DNA from: a virus
DNA length: 64,000 nucleotides
IMG/VR virus record: IMGVR_UViG_3300044681_000369
Span: 1 to 64,000 of that record
Strand: one strand, 5' to 3'
A model generated the notes under the pieces. That model was not told where the DNA came from. It made no database searches and saw only the letters and a list, made by a program, of their open reading frames with translations. Below, in pieces: positions 57,151-64,000 of this stretch (position 1 is its first letter; the number at the start of each line of letters is the position of its first letter). The position numbers were made by a program, and so were the translations under genes.

Positions 57151-57543
57151 TCAATGTAATATCTTCTTGCTTTCAGACAGTTGCTCTTGAAGAAATTTCA
57201 TAAACTCATCTTCTTCGTCATTCTCTAGCTCTTCAATCTCATCGGAGAGATTGTCTTGTGCGTAATAGTATTCGTTCACAAAGTTGTCATACTGATCGGC
57301 AATCTTACTTGTGACGTTGGCAAATGTCAATATATCTTTTTTGGCTATAAGGAATTTTCTATCACCAGAAAGAGATAGCCACGGACGAAACATAAAAGTT
57401 TCTCCTATCATCCCCTCTTTTTGCGTAGATATCGACTGAATTTGCACAGGGCAAACAACCCAAACAAGGGCATCGCTTTCTTCCTGAAAAGATGCTACCA
57501 GCATTTCTCTGTTCTGTAGATATATTAACTTAGGATCAGGCAT
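57151..57543 (-). CDS. Conserved hypothetical (Sm-like) protein
   Basis: Typical uvsW-gp55 position; PW motif, acidic tail ending LH. Confidence 0.75.
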   Translation of the reverse strand: MPDPKLIYLQNREMLVASFQEESDALVWVVCPVQIQSISTQKEGMIGETFMFRPWLSLSGDRKFLIAKKDILTFANVTSKIADQYDNFVNEYYYAQDNLSDEIEELENDEEDEFMKFLQEQLSESKKILH

Positions 57544-59026
57544 CTAGTTTTATCCGAACAAGTTTGTATTTGAAACCTTCTTCATTATATATTTTTATTC
57601 TCTCTATCAAGTGCTGAAGAGTATAGTTCTTTTTGCTCTTCCAGACTAACTCATCACCGATGTCAAATAAATTGCAGGTTGTCTTCTCAGACCCCTTTCG
57701 TAATCCTCTACCTATCGACTGCAAATTTCTAATTCTGCTTTTGCTGGGTGAGGCAAATATAACGTTGTGTAAGTTTCTAATATTTATGCCTGTGGAAAAC
57801 GTACCGTAGGACGCTATGATTATGGCGTCTTTCTCTTTTTCTGTGATATCTCTGATAGCTTCTCGCTGTTGCGTATCTGTGCTACCGTGGACAAAGAATA
57901 CTTTTCTGTCTTTTCCTACCTTATCGTTTACCAGATCAAATAAGACTTGACCGTGTTTTTCTACATACTGAAACAACACCAGTGTGTTGCCCTTTTGTGT
58001 TGTGGCTAGATTTTTAATGACGTTGTTTCTTTTCTTGTGACTTACTAGCCAGTCCATTTCTTCCTGGTAATTCATCTTGCTTACCAGCTTCTTTTCTTCA
58101 TCTGTATATTCCAACATAAGACAGGTTATGGCAAGATCAGCAACATCACCTTTATCCATAAGTTCTTTTGTTGAAATTACTTTCTTTACTTTACCAAATA
58201 AGCCCTCAAGAATGAGTTTGTGTGTCTTAGTGCCGTCCAAAGTTCCTGTTGTGCCTATTCTGTATTTTGTTTTAGTGCATTTACCGAATATGGTAGTCAG
58301 GGATTTCGATTTGAAAAGATGCGCTTCATCGCCGTAAATAACGTCAAAGCCATCAAAAAAACTTTTTGGCAACTTGTAGATACTTTGCCAGGTTGATATA
58401 GTAATGGGATACTCATTCGACTTCTCGAACCCTGAATAAATTCTTGCGCAATTATATGATGCTTTCCATTCCGTTTCTGAGGCATAATCTTGAAAGTCCT
58501 TATACATTTGTTCTACTAGGGATGTAGTAGGCACAATAATTAATTGTTTCTTACCAAACATTTGGTAGTAACGCATTAAGATATAGATGATTAGAGATTT
58601 ACCAGATGCGGTTGGAGAAAGAAGCAATGCTCTTCCTGTTCTGATTGAATATCTAACAGCGTCTAACTGATAGTCTCTAGGCTCAATAGGTTTACCCAAA
58701 CTGTGCAAATTCAACTTTTTTGCGAAATCCCGCACATCTTCTATAGTTACTGGATCCCCTATTGGATCAATATCAACTTCTAAGGTGTATTCTAATCTGT
58801 CGCAAAACTCTCTTAGATATGGCAACAGACCAACATAAAGCTCTTGGGTAAACATATTGTAAAGTCTGGCTTTGCCGTCCCACATACGAGACTTGTATGC
58901 AGGCATAAAGCGGGCGCCGGGTACATCAAAAGTAAAGTATTCGTTTAGCTCTTGCGCAATTCCAGGTTCGCAAGAAACTTTTAGATATACTTCATCTTTT
59001 TTTGAGACTTTCAATATGTCAGTCAT
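57536..59026 (-). CDS. uvsW: SF2 helicase
   Basis: WDGK, PTASGKS, DEAH, QSIGRGLR. Confidence 0.97.
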   Translation of the reverse strand: MTDILKVSKKDEVYLKVSCEPGIAQELNEYFTFDVPGARFMPAYKSRMWDGKARLYNMFTQELYVGLLPYLREFCDRLEYTLEVDIDPIGDPVTIEDVRDFAKKLNLHSLGKPIEPRDYQLDAVRYSIRTGRALLLSPTASGKSLIIYILMRYYQMFGKKQLIIVPTTSLVEQMYKDFQDYASETEWKASYNCARIYSGFEKSNEYPITISTWQSIYKLPKSFFDGFDVIYGDEAHLFKSKSLTTIFGKCTKTKYRIGTTGTLDGTKTHKLILEGLFGKVKKVISTKELMDKGDVADLAITCLMLEYTDEEKKLVSKMNYQEEMDWLVSHKKRNNVIKNLATTQKGNTLVLFQYVEKHGQVLFDLVNDKVGKDRKVFFVHGSTDTQQREAIRDITEKEKDAIIIASYGTFSTGINIRNLHNVIFASPSKSRIRNLQSIGRGLRKGSEKTTCNLFDIGDELVWKSKKNYTLQHLIERIKIYNEEGFKYKLVRIKLDA

Positions 59027-59466
59027 TACATCAAGCCGTTAGTAAACTTGGTCCACTCAATGGCATTCTTGATGTCCCAAGTTCTGCTATTCAGCGACTT
59101 CATTATATATTCTAAGTGGTTTATCATTGTTTTTAGATATTCTGTTTTATCCACAAGTCGAATAATGTCTTCATCACAATTGATGCGATCTTCCAAATCA
59201 TTCTTTAACGGCTTAAGGCCCTGATACTGATCCCAGCCAAGTTCCTCTAATTCCTGTTTAGTCATCTCACCCCGGAAATATTTGGTCTTGTTCCCACGGA
59301 GCCGATAGTAATCTGCCTCTGCTTTGCGCAACAGCAGTTTTGTGTTCGATAGCGTGTTTAGATATTTGGCATGGAGTTCGGCAGTCTTTAGTGCGGACTT
59401 TCCTAAATCAAGTTCATTGATTTTAGAGTCCTTCTGCCACTCTTCTTGGACTTCGGTAAGTTTCAT
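59026..59466 (-). CDS. uvsY: Recombination mediator
   Basis: WQKDSKI, LHAKY, IKNAIEW. Confidence 0.92.
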   Translation of the reverse strand: MKLTEVQEEWQKDSKINELDLGKSALKTAELHAKYLNTLSNTKLLLRKAEADYYRLRGNKTKYFRGEMTKQELEELGWDQYQGLKPLKNDLEDRINCDEDIIRLVDKTEYLKTMINHLEYIMKSLNSRTWDIKNAIEWTKFTNGLM

Positions 59467-59494
59467 TTGTCACCTCAAAAACGAAAATAATGTA

Positions 59495-59523
59495 ACTATA
59501 GCAAATTTTTATGGAGTTGTCAA
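59495..59523 (-). promoter_or_regulatory. Sigma70-type promoter of uvsY
   Basis: TTGACA-N17-TATAGT. Confidence 0.8.
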
Positions 59524-60102
59524 TAGCTCCATGGTATAATGTCTATACCTAAATGATGTCATTCCTACCAGATATTCCGATGATCCAGACTGAAGATCGA
59601 AATCCAAAGACTGTAGGCTTGTGGGAAAACAATCAAAGAATGTAAACTTAACGCATGGATTATTGTTGGCATCCAAAATAAACAAGTCTGCATCTGAGAA
59701 GTTTGACACACCCATACGTCTTTTCTTTATTGAGTATGGATATCTATATTGTTGTCCATCGTTATATCTTATATATTCTGATCTGTCATTGGGAAATCCA
59801 AGACCTACCAGCCATTGATATAACTCAATGTAGTTTGACATATTTTCTTGAATTAAGAATTTAAGGATCAACTCACCATATTGGAGTTTATCTCCAGGCA
59901 TATGCAGATCCGAAAGCGGCGTAGGTGCAATTGCATCACCTAAACCAATTGACGGAATGTTTGCAGACTGACAGAAATAGGAAACATTAGGAAGATTGTG
60001 AATTTGAAATTTGAATCCGTTTGGTTTCAGATAATTCAAATCAGACGGCTGCCTATTTTCCCATGTGCCCTCTGTAACGCCTAGTTCTGTTTTTAAGACC
60101 AT
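59509..60102 (-). CDS. gp3: Tail tube terminator/completion protein
   Basis: NYLKPNGFKF, FCQSANIP, PGDKL, FPTSL. Confidence 0.9.
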   Translation of the reverse strand: MVLKTELGVTEGTWENRQPSDLNYLKPNGFKFQIHNLPNVSYFCQSANIPSIGLGDAIAPTPLSDLHMPGDKLQYGELILKFLIQENMSNYIELYQWLVGLGFPNDRSEYIRYNDGQQYRYPYSIKKRRMGVSNFSDADLFILDANNNPCVKFTFFDCFPTSLQSLDFDLQSGSSEYLVGMTSFRYRHYTMELLTTP

Positions 60103-60485
60103 TACAATCTATTCCGTGTTATATTCTGCTTCTCATGGAATCTGCCCCAAATACAATGGGCAAGTTCATGACCTAAAAATTCTGGCTCATATTGTACTGA
60201 TGCATCCATTGTGTAGATTGTACAGTTATTGCCTACCGTACTTAGGCTACCAAATGCCGCAACAGTCTCAACTGGGAAATTTTTTCCTAGTTTTTGTCTT
60301 GCTGTTTCTTCAAACTCTCTTCTTGTTTGAAATAAAACAACTGTAACTCCAAGAGAAGTTCTTTCAAATTCCTTCTCTTCAAAATAATAATTGTCTGCGC
60401 CTTTTTTAGGCGCCTGATCGCAACTTGATAACAGGAATGTACCAAGCCCCAGAATTAATAAAGCAGTTATTTTTAGTTTCATCAT
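60102..60485 (-). CDS. Lipoprotein with HExxH motif
   Basis: Lipobox LLSSC; GHELAHC; start moved to after the promoter. Confidence 0.7.
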   Translation of the reverse strand: MMKLKITALLILGLGTFLLSSCDQAPKKGADNYYFEEKEFERTSLGVTVVLFQTRREFEETARQKLGKNFPVETVAAFGSLSTVGNNCTIYTMDASVQYEPEFLGHELAHCIWGRFHEKQNITRNRL

Positions 60486-60490
60486 ATTAG

Positions 60491-60498
60491 TATTTATA
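60491..60498 (-). promoter_or_regulatory. T4-type late promoter
   Basis: TATAAATA. Confidence 0.75.
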
Positions 60499-60503
60499 AC
60501 GGA

Positions 60504-60530
60504 TAAAAAAAGGGGTGCCGAAGCACCCCT
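60504..60530 (-). terminator. Intrinsic terminator after gp23
   Basis: AGGGGTGC-TTCG-GCACCCCT followed by T-run. Confidence 0.92.
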
Positions 60531-60559
60531 CAAAATCGTCCCTTAAGGGATTCTTTTTA

Positions 60560-61846
60560 TCACATTAGATTTGTGACTTTTACTCGGCGGTAGTACTGGT
60601 TGCGGTTTGCAGTGAAGTTGTCTGCATCGGTGTTGCCCGAACCGTCTACAACGAATGGGTTAGCGATCATGCCATAACGGGTCTTGAAGCCAATCTTTGG
60701 CTGGAAGCTGTCTGGGTCAATCGCACGAACCATCTGGAGAGGAACGTATGGGCAGTAGAAGAGACCAGCATCATAAGCTGATGCGCCCTTATAACCAACA
60801 ACATAGAACTGGCTGGCAGCACCGGTGTTAGCTGAGTAAGGATCGATGTAAACCTTCTTGCCGCTGATTGTACCAACAAAGGTGTTGCCTGTGTCGTCTG
60901 AATCAAGAGCAGGTGAACCCTGTAGGGCACGACCGGTGTCAAGAACACCAGCCATTGCAAGAGCAGCCGCAACATCTGAAGAACAGATGATGAAGTTACC
61001 CTTACCGCGACGGGTATCTTGTGCGATTACGTTAGCATCACGCTCAATGTTGAAGAGAAGACCCTTGAAACGCTCAACTGACCAGCGACCGTTTGAGTCA
61101 ACGTCTAGGTCGAAAGTACCAGGAGTAGCTGTTGAAGCGGCGCCTGTCTTAGCAACCTTGTAGATTGTGCGGATAACTTCACGGTTGATTTCGCCAAGAA
61201 TTTCCTGTGAAAGGATATTCGAAAGCTCTGACTCTGCATCAAGACCGTGAATTGCTTTTAGGTCCTGAGCAAGCTCAACTGTGTACTCTGCTTTGAGCGC
61301 ACGGCTCTTAGCTGTAACAGTTGTCTTCTCGATTGAGAAAGCCATCTCGCCGAATGAACCACCGCCTGAGGTGCCTAGGGCTTCAGCGTCGGCAGTTGCA
61401 AGACCAGTACCGGTTGTGTAGGTACCATCAACTGGGTTTGAACCAGCGTGTGTGCCTGTACCGGCGAAGTCTGTGTCGGCTTCGTTGAAGAGGGCTTCTG
61501 CGCCAGCCTGTGTGCCATAGCGTGACTTCATAGCGAAGATCAAGCCAGTTGGGCCAGTCATTGGCTGAACGCCAGCAACGTCATAAGCCATTAGGTTAGG
61601 TAGAGCGCGGCGAACCAAGCTGATTAGAATTGGATCGTAGCGGTCAATTGCCGAAGCGCCTGAACCAGCGATATTGTTAGCAGGTACGGCCTCAAATAGT
61701 GCAGCCTTTTCTTCACGAAGGGCTTTTTCTTGGTTCTCAAGAACTACTGATGTGACCGCTCTCTTGTATGGGTCCGAAATCTTGCCTAAACCTTCATGGT
61801 TTAGAACGGGTTCCCACTTTTTCTGTAATTGCTCTGAAAGAAACAT
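60560..61846 (-). CDS. gp23: Major capsid protein
   Basis: GVQPMTGPTGLIFAM, ELAQDLKAIHGLDAE, FQPKIGFKTRYG. Confidence 0.99.
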   Translation of the reverse strand: MFLSEQLQKKWEPVLNHEGLGKISDPYKRAVTSVVLENQEKALREEKAALFEAVPANNIAGSGASAIDRYDPILISLVRRALPNLMAYDVAGVQPMTGPTGLIFAMKSRYGTQAGAEALFNEADTDFAGTGTHAGSNPVDGTYTTGTGLATADAEALGTSGGGSFGEMAFSIEKTTVTAKSRALKAEYTVELAQDLKAIHGLDAESELSNILSQEILGEINREVIRTIYKVAKTGAASTATPGTFDLDVDSNGRWSVERFKGLLFNIERDANVIAQDTRRGKGNFIICSSDVAAALAMAGVLDTGRALQGSPALDSDDTGNTFVGTISGKKVYIDPYSANTGAASQFYVVGYKGASAYDAGLFYCPYVPLQMVRAIDPDSFQPKIGFKTRYGMIANPFVVDGSGNTDADNFTANRNQYYRRVKVTNLM

Positions 61847-61881
61847 GTAGTTATCTCCTTTTGGGGTGTTCTCAATACAAT

Positions 61882-61889
61882 TATTTATA
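61882..61889 (-). promoter_or_regulatory. T4-type late promoter of gp23
   Basis: TATAAATA. Confidence 0.85.
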
Positions 61890-61894
61890 AAAAA

Positions 61895-63085
61895 TTAGTT
61901 TTTAGCCATCTTGTTGAGTGCTTCAACATACTTACTGACTGTAGAATCGTCCATATATGCAACATCATCGTCAACTAGTTTGTCCTCAGAAACAATCTTG
62001 CTCTTTGGGAAATAGTTTTCTTTGATTACATTAAGTTTGTCTTCAAAAATTTCTGCATTCTCGAATTCTACATCAGCAACTAATGACTTGAACTTTTCTA
62101 CTTCAGTCTTTGCAAGACCTTCAGAAACAGAGGCAAAAACACCATCTTTCTGTAGTTCAATATTATTGTTGTGCAGTTCTACATTTGCAGATAGTTGCTC
62201 GTCCAATTTTGCCTTAAGTGTGGCAATTTCGGTCTGCATTTCACCAAGCACATCATATTTCTCTTCGGGAACATCGATGTAGTGTTCGGCGAATAGATTC
62301 TTCATACCATTGATGAAGGATTCAGTAATGTCGTTGCGAAGACCATTTTCTACGGCCAGCTTATTTTCTTCTAGCCACTTCTCAACAACATAGTTCATAT
62401 AAGAGTCAAGTTTATCAATCATTTCGGCTTTAAAATCTTCAACAAGTTTAGCAGACTCTTCAACAAGTTGTTCTTCAATCTGCATTACTTTGTCGTTAAC
62501 TCTAGCGGTTACAACGGCTTCAAATAGAGAAGATGCTCTGGTACGAAACTCTTCTGAAAGTTCTTCGTTACCATCAAACAATGAAGAGATGTCAACAACT
62601 TCTTCTGTGGATTCAGCATCTACGATTTCATCTTCTAGAATAATTTCCTCGTCTTCTGTTGTCTCAACTTCTTCTTTAGCAACATTGCCCTTAGAAGATG
62701 CTTGATTTACAACATTGCGTGGATCTTCTTCATCTGTGAAGTTAGGAGCCTTGCCTGCACCTTTTTGGCTAACGGTGCCTTGGTTGCTGCCTGAAACTGG
62801 AGCGGCTTCTTTAGCTCCTGGATTTTCCGTCTCATCGTCACGGGTGCTGGATACAGGAGCATCCTTCGAATCGCCTTGACGTGGCTGTGTCTGATCGCCA
62901 GCAACTTTTGCGGGAATAGAGGTATCTTTACCTTTGTCTGCTCCCATTTTACCGGCTGATGGAGAGGCTTCAGAAGAACCCTGCTTAGGATTAGCAGAAT
63001 CGCCTGCCACCTTTTCTTCTAGAACTTCCTCTGATAGTTGCTTTTTGCCTTCAAGCAACTCTCTGATTTTGTTTTCTACGCTCAT
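61895..63085 (-). CDS. gp22: Prohead core scaffold
   Basis: LSEEF...FEA, YMNYVVEKW, IKENYF. Confidence 0.93.
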   Translation of the reverse strand: MSVENKIRELLEGKKQLSEEVLEEKVAGDSANPKQGSSEASPSAGKMGADKGKDTSIPAKVAGDQTQPRQGDSKDAPVSSTRDDETENPGAKEAAPVSGSNQGTVSQKGAGKAPNFTDEEDPRNVVNQASSKGNVAKEEVETTEDEEIILEDEIVDAESTEEVVDISSLFDGNEELSEEFRTRASSLFEAVVTARVNDKVMQIEEQLVEESAKLVEDFKAEMIDKLDSYMNYVVEKWLEENKLAVENGLRNDITESFINGMKNLFAEHYIDVPEEKYDVLGEMQTEIATLKAKLDEQLSANVELHNNNIELQKDGVFASVSEGLAKTEVEKFKSLVADVEFENAEIFEDKLNVIKENYFPKSKIVSEDKLVDDDVAYMDDSTVSKYVEALNKMAKN

Positions 63086-63115
63086 TTTAATCTCCTAAGT
63101 GCGGATTTTATACTT

Positions 63116-63123
63116 TATTTATA
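63116..63123 (-). promoter_or_regulatory. T4-type late promoter of gp22
   Basis: TATAAATA. Confidence 0.85.
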
Positions 63124-63129
63124 AAACTT

Positions 63130-63789
63130 TTATTTTACAGATAAGTTTTCTAGGAATTTATTGAAGACAGCAAGTTTTGCCTCTTCAAGTTGCTTTTTAT
63201 TGGCTTTGCGGATGTTACGCTTTGCCATATCACAGTGTTGCTCTGTCCATACGCCGTTTACTATTACCCACTCTTTGTTTTCCATAATGCCTCTAACAAA
63301 AGCATCTGGTGCAGATGGGTCTGCCACAATATCGGCAGCAGTTGCTAAATGAAAATCATCTTGTACAACTTGAACGCCTTCTTTATTTTCTCTAAGAGTA
63401 CCTAAACCGCGAGAAGATACTGCTAATTGCCCGCCAGATTCGATAAGGCCTCGGGCAATATTGCCCATAGGTGTTTCTGTGATTTTTGCTTTACCCATCC
63501 AGTTGTCACCGTCTTTCCATAACTCAGTAATGATATGTGAAACACGATCTAGATTGATAGAAGGGCCATCAGGATGACCTAACTCACCAAACGCTCTTTT
63601 GTTTGCAACCGATTCTTTCATGTAACGGTCGACTTCTTTTTCCATGACTTCGCCTGGATACATACGACCGTTACGATTTTTTAAATTTGATTGTAAAAAG
63701 ATGCCTTCAATGTAAAGGTTCTTTTTGCCTGAAGATGACTCTTCGGCAATGTAACGAACTTGCTCGTTAACTTCTGTGATAAGTTTCAT
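63130..63789 (-). CDS. gp21: Prohead protease
   Basis: NRNGRMY, GELGHP, SSRGLG, DIVADPSAPDA. Confidence 0.98.
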   Translation of the reverse strand: MKLITEVNEQVRYIAEESSSGKKNLYIEGIFLQSNLKNRNGRMYPGEVMEKEVDRYMKESVANKRAFGELGHPDGPSINLDRVSHIITELWKDGDNWMGKAKITETPMGNIARGLIESGGQLAVSSRGLGTLRENKEGVQVVQDDFHLATAADIVADPSAPDAFVRGIMENKEWVIVNGVWTEQHCDMAKRNIRKANKKQLEEAKLAVFNKFLENLSVK

Positions 63790-64000
63790 TAGCCTAGACT
63801 CCCATCAGCGTCTTGATGCTGTTGTGGTCCATAACCACTTACCTTAACGCAATCGATAATAACTATACTGTCGCCGTTATGAAATTCAACAACAATATCA
63901 GAGGCATTTTCTTGATTGTCCGAAAATCCATTGAAGTCTAAATCTCCGTTTCCGAACAAATGCCAACAGTGAACGCCATTTCTTAAAATGATTATTTCAG
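63789..64000 (-). CDS. 3' part of hypothetical gene upstream of gp21
   Basis: Open frame EIIILRNG...DGSLG*, TAATG-coupled to gp21. Confidence 0.7.
   Translation of the reverse strand, partial: EIIILRNGVHCWHLFGNGDLDFNGFSDNQENASDIVVEFHNGDSIVIIDCVKVSGYGPQQHQDADGSLG

Noticed and set aside
60486-60533. ORF-track N-terminal extension of the lipoprotein
   Set aside because: Runs through the gp23 terminator and late promoter

Overview
The window is 64 kb of a large T4-like (far-T4, cyanophage/pelagiphage-type gene order) myovirus genome. Essentially all real genes are on the minus strand. Reading in transcription order (right to left) gives: head genes (gp21, gp22, gp23); gp3, uvsY, uvsW, gp55, gp47, gp46; def, a ClpP-like gene and a CobT/CobS-like pair; the replisome (gp45, gp44, gp62, regA, hsp20, gp43, uvsX, gp41); a late block of head-associated and lysis genes (spanins, Dps, GH19 endolysin); gp61, thyX, a MazG-like gene, nrdA/grx/nrdB, rnh; then an accessory island. 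The island carries glycan and sulfation enzymes interleaved with 12 tRNAs, and a 13th tRNA follows gp41. Sigma70-type promoters (TTGACA-N17-TAnnnT) and T4 late promoters (TATAAATA) are readable directly. The U34-biased tRNA set, leaderless genes and IHF boxes point to a GC-rich proteobacterial host, probably an alphaproteobacterium (inference). The most notable unexplained items are: a ~215-nt CCA-terminated structured RNA in the tRNA array; a tRNA-Ile(UAU) with a long variable arm; mRNAs punctuated by tRNAs; a candidate minimal PAPS synthase feeding two sulfotransferases; three IHF-boxed early promoters; a ROSE-like thermometer on hsp20; and an ORF-less antisense promoter beside gp55/uvsW. 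All calls come from motif recognition by eye; no searches were run.
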